From an uncultured Eisenbergiella sp. (GTDB taxonomy: Bacteria > Bacillota > Clostridia > Lachnospirales > Lachnospiraceae), in contig CAJFMW010000009.1 in the NCBI GenBank assembly GCA_904392525.1, positions 4,522 to 68,521 of the forward strand: DNA of 64,000 bases, given 5' to 3'. This document shows, piece after piece, positions 9,554 to 19,453 of the stretch (its first letter is position 1; every line of letters begins with the position of its first letter). Under the pieces are notes generated by a model that was not told the DNA's origin, ran no database searches, and saw nothing but the letters and a program-made list of their open reading frames with translations. Made by a program: the position numbers and the translations under genes.

Positions 9554-11110
9554 ATGAGTATACTGAACGTAGAGCATCTGACCCATGGCTTCGGCGACCG
9601 GGCCATTTTTGAGGACGTGTCCTTCCGTCTTCTGAAGGGGGAGCACATCGGACTTGTAGGGGCCAACGGGGAAGGCAAATCCACCTTTATGAATATCATC
9701 ACCGGAAAGCTCATTCCCGACGAAGGGAAGATTGAATGGGCCAAAAACGTGCGGGCGGGCTATCTGGATCAGCACACCGTTCTGGAAAAGGGAACCACCA
9801 TCCGGGAAACCCTGGCATCCGCCTTTTCCTTCCTGTTCGACCTGGAAGCGCGGATGAACGAGATTTGTGAAAAAATGGGGGATGCCTCCGAAGAGGAGCT
9901 GGAACAATACATGGAAGAACTGGGCACCATCCAGGAGCTTCTGACCGCGCACGACTTCTATCTCATCGACAGCAAGGTGGAAGAGGTGGGCCGGGCGTTA
10001 GGGCTCACGGATGTGGGACTGGATCAGGATGTATCCCAGCTTTCCGGCGGCCAGCGCACCCGAGTCCTTCTGGGAAAGCTTCTTCTGGAAAAGCCGGACA
10101 TTCTTCTGCTGGATGAGCCCACCAACTATCTGGACGAGGCGCACATCGAATGGCTGAAGCGTTACCTTTTGGATTATGAAAACGCCTTCGTCCTGATTTC
10201 CCATGACATTCCGTTTCTCAACAGCGTGGTCAATCTGATCTATCACATGGATAACCGGACACTCACCCGCTATGTGGGAAACTATGATAAGTTCACAGAG
10301 GTTTATGCCGCGAAGAAGGCCCAGCTGGAGGCCGCCTACAACAGACAGCAGAAGGAAATCGCGGATCTGAAGGACTTCGTCGCCCGCAACAAGGCCCGCG
10401 TCTCCACCCGGAACATGGCCATGTCCCGCCAGAAAAAGCTGGATAAAATGGACGTGATCGAGCTGGCTGCCGAGAAGCCGAAGCCGGAATTTCACTTTAA
10501 GGAGGACCGGGCGCCGGGCCGCTTCATTTTCACCACAAAAGAGCTGGTCATCGGCTACGAGGAGCCCCTGTCCTCTCCCCTGAACCTTTCCATGGAACGG
10601 GGACAGAAAATCGTTCTCACCGGCGCCAACGGCATCGGAAAGACCACCCTGTTAAAAAGCATTCTGGGCCTGATTCCGCCTCTTTCCGGCAGCGTGGAAC
10701 AGGGGGATTATCTGAGCATCGGATACTTTGAGCAGGAAATGGAGGCGGATGACAATACCACCTGTATCCAGGAAATCTGGAACACCTTTCCCTCCTACAC
10801 CCAGTATGAGGTGCGCTCCGCTCTGGCAAAATGCGGCCTGACCACCAAACACATCGAAAGCCTGGTCCGGGTGCTGAGCGGCGGTGAACAGGCGAAGGTG
10901 CGGCTCTGCAAGCTGATCAACCGCCCTACCAACGTGCTTCTGCTGGATGAGCCCACCAACCATCTGGATGCGGACGCCAAGGCAGAGCTGAAACGGGCCC
11001 TGTCCGCCTATAAAGGCAGTATTCTGATGGTCTGCCACGAACCGGAATTTTACCAGGATATTGTGGACGCGGTCTGGGACTGCACCAAATGGACGACGAG
11101 GGTATTTTAA
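9554..11110 (+). CDS. yfmM: ABC-F family ribosome-associated ATPase (YfmM-like)
   Basis: Two ABC domains (GANGEGKST, LSGGQ, LLDEPTN; GANGIGKTT, LSGGE), no TM segments; N-terminus HGFGDRAIF..FRLLKGEH recalls Bacillus YfmM. Confidence 0.88.
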   Translation: MSILNVEHLTHGFGDRAIFEDVSFRLLKGEHIGLVGANGEGKSTFMNIITGKLIPDEGKIEWAKNVRAGYLDQHTVLEKGTTIRETLASAFSFLFDLEARMNEICEKMGDASEEELEQYMEELGTIQELLTAHDFYLIDSKVEEVGRALGLTDVGLDQDVSQLSGGQRTRVLLGKLLLEKPDILLLDEPTNYLDEAHIEWLKRYLLDYENAFVLISHDIPFLNSVVNLIYHMDNRTLTRYVGNYDKFTEVYAAKKAQLEAAYNRQQKEIADLKDFVARNKARVSTRNMAMSRQKKLDKMDVIELAAEKPKPEFHFKEDRAPGRFIFTTKELVIGYEEPLSSPLNLSMERGQKIVLTGANGIGKTTLLKSILGLIPPLSGSVEQGDYLSIGYFEQEMEADDNTTCIQEIWNTFPSYTQYEVRSALAKCGLTTKHIESLVRVLSGGEQAKVRLCKLINRPTNVLLLDEPTNHLDADAKAELKRALSAYKGSILMVCHEPEFYQDIVDAVWDCTKWTTRVF

Positions 11111-11170
11111 CCCTCCCGCACCACAAAATCCGCGTTTTCTCATAGCAAAAGGAAGGAGGTGAGAGCCCGG

Positions 11171-12463
11171 ATGGATCTCATCAGTCAGTTTATTGAAAAT
11201 TACAAAAAGAAAATCAGTTTTTTCGAGACGGCCGGACACATAGCCGAGGATATGCTGCGGGACGCCCTGCACTCCTCCGGTATCCGCGCCATCGTAACCT
11301 CTCGGGCCAAAAGCCCCGTCCGGCTGAAAAACAAGGTGACCCAGCGGAATGAAAAGAGGGAACAGCCCTACCGGAGCATGAACGAGATCTATGCGGATAT
11401 CGCGGATCTGTCCGGCGTGCGCGTCTCCCTTTACTTCCCCGGCGACCGGGCCAAAGCAGATCAGGTGATCAACAACCTTTTTACGGTATCGGAAACGAAA
11501 AAATTTCCCGGCCAGTCCAAACAGCCTTCCTATAACAAGCGCTTTTCCGGCTACTGGGCCACCCATTACCGGGCCTCCATGAAGGAGGAGCTTCTGGAGA
11601 AAAAACAGCTCAAGTACGTCTCCGTGCGTCTGGAGATCCAGGTGGCCTCCGTCCTGATGCACGCCTGGTCCGAGGTGGAGCATGATCTGGTCTACAAGCC
11701 CATGCAGGGCACTCTCTCCGATGAGGAGCTGGCCATTCTGGATGAGCTTAACGGCCTGGTTCTGGCCGGAGAAATCGCCCTGGAGCGCCTGCAGGCCGCC
11801 GGCAATGCCCGTCTGCAGAGCAAAAATGCGGCCTTCGGCAGCCAGTACGATCTGGCCGCCTACCTTTACGATTACCTCAGCACCCGCTATAAGCGCTTCG
11901 ACATCGAGCCGAAGATGGGCAATGTGGAACAGCTTCTGCGCCTGATGAACCGCCTGAAGCTGGACAGCGCAAAGGAGCTGGATCCGATCCTGAAATCCAC
12001 CAGGCTGGTGGACGACAGTCGGACCATTTCCCAGCAGCTCATCGATCAGATCATCTGCGGCAGCGAAAAACGCTACGAGCTTTACCGCGAGCTTCGTGCT
12101 GCTTCGGAACGATCCGCCAATTCCTTCCAGAAAGCCGATTCCCAGCGTCGGGAAGCCGCTGAATATTTCCTGAGGCCCTGGATCAGCCTGGAAACCGTTC
12201 TGATGAAACTGACCCGTCAGAACAATCCCAAAGCCTGCGGTACCTTCAATCTCAACAGCATCAAACGCATGAAGCTGCTCCGCAAAGACAGCCTGGAAAA
12301 GCTTCAGAATCTGCGAAATTTCCGGAACGGCCTGGTGCATGGCATCGACAATCCCGCGCCTGCCGTTCTCATCCGGATGGGCGACGACGTGCGGGAGATT
12401 CTCTCCGAGCTGACGGCTTCGCAGACCGATGGCAGCAGGGAACCGACGACCGGCAAAGAATAA
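11171..12463 (+). CDS. RelA/SpoT synthetase-domain protein (small alarmone synthetase-like) with a C-terminal HEPN-like motif
   Basis: RAKS, DLSGVR, GYWATHY, EIQV, HAWSEVEH synthetase motifs; no HD hydrolase, TGS or ACT domain; C-terminal RNGLVH (Rx4H). Confidence 0.82.
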   Translation: MDLISQFIENYKKKISFFETAGHIAEDMLRDALHSSGIRAIVTSRAKSPVRLKNKVTQRNEKREQPYRSMNEIYADIADLSGVRVSLYFPGDRAKADQVINNLFTVSETKKFPGQSKQPSYNKRFSGYWATHYRASMKEELLEKKQLKYVSVRLEIQVASVLMHAWSEVEHDLVYKPMQGTLSDEELAILDELNGLVLAGEIALERLQAAGNARLQSKNAAFGSQYDLAAYLYDYLSTRYKRFDIEPKMGNVEQLLRLMNRLKLDSAKELDPILKSTRLVDDSRTISQQLIDQIICGSEKRYELYRELRAASERSANSFQKADSQRREAAEYFLRPWISLETVLMKLTRQNNPKACGTFNLNSIKRMKLLRKDSLEKLQNLRNFRNGLVHGIDNPAPAVLIRMGDDVREILSELTASQTDGSREPTTGKE

Positions 12464-12525
12464 ACAGGCAGCGGCTTTGGCACTGTCCCTTTCCGGACAG
12501 ACGCTGCGGCCCCTGCCTGCTTTTT

Positions 12526-13152
12526 TTACAGCTTCTTTTCACACCACTCCGCAAGCGGACATTCCTCACATTTGGCACGACGGGCGGTGCAGATGGAACG
12601 GCCCAGATAGATCAGCTGGAAATTAATCCGGTTCCAGTGATCCACCGGAAGCACCTTCATCAGCTCCGCTTCCGTTTCCACCGGATTCTTTCCCTTCGCC
12701 CAGCCCAACCGGTGGGAGATGCGGAACACATGGGTATCCACCGTTACGCCGGGCGTCCCGTAGGCATCCGCCAGGAAGAGCGTTCCCGTCTTTCTTCCCA
12801 CGCCCGCCAGCTTCAGCACCTCGTCCAGCGTATCCGGCACCTTTCCTCCATATTCCTTCCAGATCTGCTCACAGCATTTTTTCATGTTTCTTGCCTTGTT
12901 CTTATACAGGCCGACGGAACGGATATAGCTTTCGATCTCTTCGATATCCGCCTCCGCCACATCCTGCGCCGTATGAAATCTCCCGAACAGCCCCGGAAGC
13001 GCCTCATCCACCTGCTTATCCGTGCTCTGGGCGCTCAGCATGATCGCCACCAGAAGCTGCCAGTCCGCATTATGATAGAAGCCTTCCTTCTCGGTTCCGT
13101 ACAACTCGTCAAGCCGGGCGAGAATGTGGTCTCTTTTTTCCTTTTTTGTCAT
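12526..13152 (-). CDS. nth: Endonuclease III
   Basis: LSAQSTD, HhH LAGVGRKT, VDTHV, C-x6-C-x2-C-x5-C 4Fe-4S motif. Confidence 0.93.
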   Translation of the reverse strand: MTKKEKRDHILARLDELYGTEKEGFYHNADWQLLVAIMLSAQSTDKQVDEALPGLFGRFHTAQDVAEADIEEIESYIRSVGLYKNKARNMKKCCEQIWKEYGGKVPDTLDEVLKLAGVGRKTGTLFLADAYGTPGVTVDTHVFRISHRLGWAKGKNPVETEAELMKVLPVDHWNRINFQLIYLGRSICTARRAKCEECPLAEWCEKKL

Positions 13153-13185
13153 TGGTGTTCCTCTTTCTAAATCTTTAGAGCAATA

Positions 13186-14673
13186 TTATCTTCGCATGTA
13201 TTTTTGTTTCGGACTTCTGGGCTTGTCAGGAATCGTTTTATCGATGAGTCCGGCTGACAGCATGGGCAGAAGAATTTTCTCTCGAAAATATCTTTCACTT
13301 TTAATATTGCAGTGTTTCTGCATTTCCACCCTCGTACGGGGAGCTGAGCAGAATTCCAGAAGAGACTGAATACGGTCGGCATCTAAATGAATTTTACACT
13401 CAACTTCGGCACCAGCTTCATCACCAGCTTCATCACTAACTTCATCACCAGCTTCGGCACTGACCTCATCAGGATCTTCTTTTCCAGTTTCAGACGGCGC
13501 AGGGCCAACAGTTGCCGTTGCTGCCCCCTTCAGCGGGACAATCGTTCGAAATATATCGCCTTCCACAAACTCAGGTTCACTTCCCGAATATAATCTGGTA
13601 TATTTATACGTGTTTCTCATTCCGGATCCAAGCTCATCGGCTAGTCCGATTTCCCGAAAAATCTTCGAAATGGGCGGATTCTTCTGAAATGGTTCAAAGG
13701 AAGCGAGTTCAAGTACGCCATGTCCGTGTGAAAGATTTGCGTTTTCCGTATAAATCCGTGCCTTTTCAATCACAAATTTTGCGACATATCCGCTTGAGAA
13801 ATCTCTGTGAACCAGAAGATTCGATATGATCTCACGCAGAATTTTATCTCTTGCACTTACACTGATCATTCCTTCCATTGTAAACAGATTATTCAGATGT
13901 CTTTCTCCAAAAGCGATCAGACGGTCGTAACTTTCCAACAGATTCGTTATAATGACATCCCTGTCATCATAGCGGTCAACATTAAATACCCGAAATATGG
14001 CATCCGTTTTATGCTGGGGAAGGACAGACATGATTGTATTGTCTTTTCCGAAAAGCAGGATAGCGGCCAGCGTAATCCCTTCCTGCTGTGTCTGCTCATC
14101 TGTCAGAATCAGTCCCGCACTGCGAAGCATTTCCTCATCTCCCATGGAACACCATGGATGGCTCCCGGACCGCATACGAGCCATATCTCTCGCCCGTTCC
14201 ATTAAATCGGAGCGGAGCGAATTCATATCAAACCGGGTAACCTTATTCACAAAATAGGAACTGTTCTTTCGAGCATACAGACGAAACACTTCATCTGAAT
14301 GGTTTGTAATATCAATGTCAGCTTCATGATTTCTGTCAAAAATTCTTCCACTGCAACGACAAACGTTTTGAGACGCCGGAACTCGAATATAGAGAATAAG
14401 TTTCCCGTCATATTCATATTCAATCGGTCTCAGATACAGCGGAGGATACATTTTATTTTCATTATTAATCGCTGTAACAAAGTCCTTTTTCATTCGGTCA
14501 ATATGATCCGGCTGGATTCCAAGAACTTTTCCATTATCCTTCACGCCCAGAAAAATATGTCCTCCATCCCGATTGGAAAAAGCGCACACGCTTTCATAAA
14601 CATCCTTTGTAATGTCCGTAGTAGATTTCTTAAATTCTACAACATGGCTCTCTCCCTGTTCGATGAACGCCAA
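13186..14673 (-). CDS. AlbA_2 (Schlafen-like) + HATPase_c_4 + C-terminal winged-HTH protein
   Basis: GESHVVEFK...VCAFSNRDGG..FLGVKD; LREIISNLLVHRD; KNP.I..F..IGLADELGSG; IPDKPRSPKQKY; start codon uncertain. Confidence 0.82.
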   Translation of the reverse strand: MAFIEQGESHVVEFKKSTTDITKDVYESVCAFSNRDGGHIFLGVKDNGKVLGIQPDHIDRMKKDFVTAINNENKMYPPLYLRPIEYEYDGKLILYIRVPASQNVCRCSGRIFDRNHEADIDITNHSDEVFRLYARKNSSYFVNKVTRFDMNSLRSDLMERARDMARMRSGSHPWCSMGDEEMLRSAGLILTDEQTQQEGITLAAILLFGKDNTIMSVLPQHKTDAIFRVFNVDRYDDRDVIITNLLESYDRLIAFGERHLNNLFTMEGMISVSARDKILREIISNLLVHRDFSSGYVAKFVIEKARIYTENANLSHGHGVLELASFEPFQKNPPISKIFREIGLADELGSGMRNTYKYTRLYSGSEPEFVEGDIFRTIVPLKGAATATVGPAPSETGKEDPDEVSAEAGDEVSDEAGDEAGAEVECKIHLDADRIQSLLEFCSAPRTRVEMQKHCNIKSERYFREKILLPMLSAGLIDKTIPDKPRSPKQKYMRR

Positions 14674-14685
14674 TAAATCCGATGA

Positions 14686-15267
14686 TCACCTGTTCCCTTC
14701 TTTCTCCCGAATCTTCTCATCCGTATCCTTCACCGCCTGCTCCTGCAGCTTTTCCAGAAAGGGAAAGCCGATCACGTTTTTCGCGGCATAGGTTTTCTGC
14801 AGCTCATATTCCAGCGGCAGCCAGGTGGAAATGTCGCTCTCGTTATGCTGAATCACCGCCTCCAGCTTATCCAGCGCCTTGTAAACCCTCGCTTCCCGGG
14901 TCTGGAGCGCCTCCATCTCCGCAAGGAGGGCGGTAAACTCCTGATACAGCGCCTCCGGAAGTTCCCGGAGAAGGCCGTCCATGGCTTCTTTTTCCGTCTG
15001 CTCATGCTCCTGCGTCTTTTCAAAGGTGGGAATATCTCCTGTCACCGCTTCCCCGAGATCGTGAATCAGACACATACGGATGACCTTATCGATGTCCACA
15101 TCCATAAGCTCGTCCTTCAACAGATATGCCATAAGCGCTGTCCGCCAGCTGTGGGCAGCCACGTTTTCCACCACACCGTCCGAGGTGACGCAGTGGCGGG
15201 GAACGGACTTCAGTTTCTCCACGCGGCCAAGAAATGAGATAAACTGTTCAGGTGTGAATCCTTGCAT
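14686..15267 (-). CDS. HD-domain hydrolase (YfbR/HDDC2-like 5'-nucleotidase)
   Basis: LKSVPR, ENVAAHSW, IHDLGEAVTGDIP, ALDKLE; GGAGG RBS. Confidence 0.87.
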   Translation of the reverse strand: MQGFTPEQFISFLGRVEKLKSVPRHCVTSDGVVENVAAHSWRTALMAYLLKDELMDVDIDKVIRMCLIHDLGEAVTGDIPTFEKTQEHEQTEKEAMDGLLRELPEALYQEFTALLAEMEALQTREARVYKALDKLEAVIQHNESDISTWLPLEYELQKTYAAKNVIGFPFLEKLQEQAVKDTDEKIREKEGNR

Positions 15268-15693
15268 GGGGTGCCTCCTTTGTCGGGTCGCAGACTTCCA
15301 TCTGCTTTTCTGCCTTCCCCAAATTGTATCATATCTTTTCCCTTTTCCCAAGAGATCCTGCCTGTTCCGACGAGATTTTTCTTTTTGCCAGGGTACAAAA
15401 TTTTGTTCCCTTGTACAAAATGCGTAATTATCGCTTTTTAAAACTGTGATATTTTCACACTATTTTCAGACCAAAACCTGTACCATCATATCCCATGCCT
15501 CTTTTTGCACGAAAATCAGGGGGACAAAATTTTTATTGACTTACAAAATAACGGAATCCATCGTATAGTCAAATCAAACAACAGATTTGCTGCCCGGCCA
15601 CAATCCTTCAGGCAAAATGACGGGCTTTGAAAAAATCCGGACGGACAACAGGTCGAGCGATTTCAGAATAATAATAAGAGAGGAGAGAGGTTT

Positions 15694-16647
15694 ATGGTAA
15701 AACCGGCAAAGCGAAACGCTGTCGCTGTCGGAGGCAAAAAAAAGATCAACTGGAAAACAGCCATGAAAAATCACTGGCAGTTATATGTTCTGGTTCTTCC
15801 GGCAATCATTTATTTCTTCGTATTTAATTACATGCCACTCTATGGCATCCAGATCGCCTTTAAGGATTATAAGGCGGTAAACGGCATCGCGGGAAGCGCC
15901 TGGGTAGGGCTGAAGCATTTTAAGGATTTCTTCAATGCCTACTATTTTCAGAGGCTACTGGTCAACACCCTGCTTCTGAATGTATACAACCTGCTGTGGA
16001 GCTTTCCGGTTCCTCTGATTCTGGCAATCCTGCTGAATCAGATCCGAAGCGACCGTAAAAAGCGTTTCATTCAGACCAGCATTTACGTTCCCTACTTTAT
16101 TTCAACGGTGGTACTGGCAGGTATGCTGTATATCTTCCTCTCCCCCACCAGCGGTATCGTAAACCTGATCCGCACCTCCCTCGGGATGACGGCGATTGAT
16201 TATATGTCCGACGCGGGAGCGTTCCGTACCTTATACATTCTTTCCGGCATCTGGCAGTCGGCGGGCTATGGCACCATCCTTTACATCGCTACCCTGTCCG
16301 GTGTGGACCCGTCCCTGTATGAGGCGGCAGAGATCGATGGAGCAAGCATCTGGCAGAAGATCCGTTACATAGATCTGCCGAGCCTGGTTCCAACCGCAGT
16401 GATGGTATTCATTCTGGACTGCGGAAAGCTGCTGAGCAGCAACACGGATAAAGCCCTGGTCATGCAGACACCCGGAAACATTCCCACTTCCGACATTATC
16501 GGTGTCTATGTTTATAACGTAGGTCTGGGAAGCGGACAGTTTTCCTATACAGCCGCCATTGGTCTGTTTGTTAACATCATCAACTTCATCCTGATTATTA
16601 CCGTGAACAAGATTGCGAAAAAGACCACGGATACAGGATTATTCTAA
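15694..16647 (+). CDS. Carbohydrate ABC transporter permease (LplB/YteP-like)
   Basis: YMPLYGIQIAFKDY, LYEAAEIDGAS EAA loop. Confidence 0.92.
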   Translation: MVKPAKRNAVAVGGKKKINWKTAMKNHWQLYVLVLPAIIYFFVFNYMPLYGIQIAFKDYKAVNGIAGSAWVGLKHFKDFFNAYYFQRLLVNTLLLNVYNLLWSFPVPLILAILLNQIRSDRKKRFIQTSIYVPYFISTVVLAGMLYIFLSPTSGIVNLIRTSLGMTAIDYMSDAGAFRTLYILSGIWQSAGYGTILYIATLSGVDPSLYEAAEIDGASIWQKIRYIDLPSLVPTAVMVFILDCGKLLSSNTDKALVMQTPGNIPTSDIIGVYVYNVGLGSGQFSYTAAIGLFVNIINFILIITVNKIAKKTTDTGLF

Positions 16648-16666
16648 GGAAAGGAGGATTCAGATA

Positions 16667-17581
16667 ATGAAAAAGAAAAAAAAGAAGCTGAGCTTAAGCA
16701 ATCGCATTTTCTACCTGTTTAACTCCATTTTCTGGATTGTGATCATGTTCATCATCCTGTACCCTCTGTATCTGGTGTGCATCGCTTCCGTTTCCGACCC
16801 GGATGCAATCGTACGCGGAGAGGTTATCTGGCATCCGGTGGACTTTTCCCTGATCGGGTATGAAGCGGTTCTCGGTTATGCAGAGTTATGGTCCTCCTAT
16901 GCAAACTCCATTTTCTACACGGCAGTGAGCATCTGCATCAGTATCGTGGTTACACTGGCAGCCGCCTATGCGCTTTCCCGAAAGGTCTTTCCCGGAAAGA
17001 GCGCCATCAATCTTTATTTTGTCATCACCATGTTTTTTAACGGCGGTCTGATTCCCACCTTCCTGGTGATGCGGGATATCGGCCTGTACAATACCAGAGC
17101 GCTCATGATTCTGATGGGCTGTGTAAGCGTATGGAATCTGATGGTTGCAAGAACCTACATCCAGAGCAACATACCTGAGGAACTGTATGAAGCTGCCATG
17201 CTGGACGGAGCATCCCATTTCCAGTATTTTACCAAAGTGGTTCTTCCATTAAGCAAAACGATTATTGCTGTTCTTGCCGTATATTATGGCGTTGCAAAAT
17301 GGAACGATTACTTCACCGGACTGGTCTACTTAAGAGACCGTGCCCTGCTCCCTCTGCAGACTGTTCTGAGAGAGATTCTGGCCACCCTGCAGGTGGATAT
17401 GACCGGCGACTACATGATGACCATGGCAGACAGCGCCGCGAATATGCAGGAAGCCATGCGGATTGCAAATGTGTCCAAATACTGTATTATTGTAGTGGCG
17501 ACCGGTCCCGTCGTGCTTCTGTATGCGCTGCTTCAGAAGTACTTTGAAAAGGGCGTTATGATCGGCTCTCTTAAGGGCTGA
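16667..17581 (+). CDS. Carbohydrate ABC transporter permease
   Basis: [35 protein letters not shown]. Confidence 0.92.
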   Translation: MKKKKKKLSLSNRIFYLFNSIFWIVIMFIILYPLYLVCIASVSDPDAIVRGEVIWHPVDFSLIGYEAVLGYAELWSSYANSIFYTAVSICISIVVTLAAAYALSRKVFPGKSAINLYFVITMFFNGGLIPTFLVMRDIGLYNTRALMILMGCVSVWNLMVARTYIQSNIPEELYEAAMLDGASHFQYFTKVVLPLSKTIIAVLAVYYGVAKWNDYFTGLVYLRDRALLPLQTVLREILATLQVDMTGDYMMTMADSAANMQEAMRIANVSKYCIIVVATGPVVLLYALLQKYFEKGVMIGSLKG

Positions 17582-17663
17582 TGCCTGTTTTGGAATGTGT
17601 CTCACAATATGCCAAAAAAGGAACCAACACAATGTGTTGCAGATAAATGAAGGAGGTTTTTCT

Positions 17664-19301
17664 ATGAAAAAGAAAGCAGTTGCAATGTTGCTGGCAGCAG
17701 CCATGGCGATCACATCTCTTGTCGGATGCGGTTCCTCCGCAGGCACAGGGGAATCCGCAGCTTCCGAAGGCGCGGCGGGTTCAGAGGCATCGGGAGAGGC
17801 TTCTGCAAACTTTAACGCAGAGGGGTATCCGATTGTGAATGAGGAAATCACTCTCAAGGTGATGCTGGCAATCCGGGACACTGATACCATGATCGCTCCG
17901 GAGGAAATGCCCGCTGTCCAGAGGCTGGATGAACTGACCGGAATCAAGACCGAATGGGAAGTCATCAAGGGCGCAGACTGGGAAACTAAGCTGAATCTGA
18001 TGTTTGCATCCGGCGAATATCCGGATGTGATTATCGCACCGAATGGCACCGTAGATGATGAAGAATATGGCGTAACCCAGCAGCTTCTGATTCCGCTCGA
18101 CGACCTGATCGAAGAGTATATGCCGAACTACACATCCCGCCGGGACGCAGAGGAGTCTGATCCCACTGTCAGCCTGGTCGCTTCCGACGGACAGACCTAT
18201 TCGGTAGGCTATCTGGTAGGCCAGAATATAAACACCAACCAGCATTACTTTATCAATCAGACCTGGCTGGACGCGCTCAGTCTGGAGACCCCCACTGACG
18301 TGGAATCCCTGACCGAAGTACTGCGCGCTTTCAAGACCGGAGATCCCAACGGAAATGGTGAGGCAGATGAAGTTCCGCTGGAAATGGGACTGGATACAGG
18401 CTTCTACAGCGTCCGCTATATCCTTCCTCTCTTCGGCATTCCCTGTGATCCCGATAAATGGATCTATATTGATGACAATAAGCAGGTACAGTTTGCCGCA
18501 ACGCAGGATGGCTTCCGTGAATGTATGGAATGGCTGAATATGTGTTATACGGAAGGTCTCGTAGATGCAGAGGTTCTTTCTCAGGATCTCAATACCATAG
18601 AGACCAAACTGGCAGGCGGAAATGTCGGTTTCTTCCCCGCATGGAGACTCGTTGCCATGGGTTGGGATGAAGGCGTAGCCAAAGACGCAGTTTTCTGGAT
18701 GCCTGACGCTGAAACCACAAGCTGCTACAGATATCTGGAAGTTGCAAGACCCGGAGCCTTTATTACAGCTACCAACGAAAACGTAGAAGCTACCATGAGA
18801 TGGCTGGATGCCATGCTGGAAACAGAAATGATGTTTTCTCTGTATTATGGAGAACAGGACGCAACAGACGGAACCGGCTGGACCTATAATGAAAACGGAA
18901 AGATTGACTCCATCAACGATGGAACTGTCGATGTACGCAATTACCTGGACTGCAACACCATGTTCTGGGCACCTGGAAAATATATCTCTGAAACCTTCAA
19001 TATGCCGGAGCAGCGTACTGAAAAAACAGAGTACTGCCTGCAGTCCGACGAGGCCGGAATCATTCAGAAATACTCCAATGACTATCTGGATATGGCCCCT
19101 CTGACTTCTGAACAGCTGCAGAGCATCACACTGACTGAGACCGACATCAAAAATGCGGTTGTAGAAAATATCGCCAATTTCGTATCCAATGGCGTAACAG
19201 ATGAAAGCTGGAACAGCTTTGTATCTCTGTTCGATGGAATGGGCGTAGCGGAATACGTGCAGATGTACCAGGATGCCATTGATTCCATGGAGATTGAGTA
19301 A
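17664..19301 (+). CDS. Carbohydrate ABC transporter substrate-binding lipoprotein
   Basis: Lipobox LVGC; [28 protein letters not shown] motifs. Confidence 0.92.
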   Translation: MKKKAVAMLLAAAMAITSLVGCGSSAGTGESAASEGAAGSEASGEASANFNAEGYPIVNEEITLKVMLAIRDTDTMIAPEEMPAVQRLDELTGIKTEWEVIKGADWETKLNLMFASGEYPDVIIAPNGTVDDEEYGVTQQLLIPLDDLIEEYMPNYTSRRDAEESDPTVSLVASDGQTYSVGYLVGQNINTNQHYFINQTWLDALSLETPTDVESLTEVLRAFKTGDPNGNGEADEVPLEMGLDTGFYSVRYILPLFGIPCDPDKWIYIDDNKQVQFAATQDGFRECMEWLNMCYTEGLVDAEVLSQDLNTIETKLAGGNVGFFPAWRLVAMGWDEGVAKDAVFWMPDAETTSCYRYLEVARPGAFITATNENVEATMRWLDAMLETEMMFSLYYGEQDATDGTGWTYNENGKIDSINDGTVDVRNYLDCNTMFWAPGKYISETFNMPEQRTEKTEYCLQSDEAGIIQKYSNDYLDMAPLTSEQLQSITLTETDIKNAVVENIANFVSNGVTDESWNSFVSLFDGMGVAEYVQMYQDAIDSMEIE

Positions 19302-19453
19302 TTCCCGCAGAATCGAATCTAATTAGAATTGAAGCCACATCCGTGGCCACAACATAAGAGAGTATGGCCGTGTCCAAAAAGGGCAGGGCCATACTTGTCT
19401 TTCGTTTCCGCACAAGGTAAAATAGAAGAAAACCGTCTCAGGAGAAAATTCAC

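Noticed and set aside
14686-14688. TGA between the HD and AlbA_2 genes as a selenocysteine codon
   Set aside because: It is in an inter-domain position rather than a Cys-equivalent site, and no convincing SECIS hairpin follows
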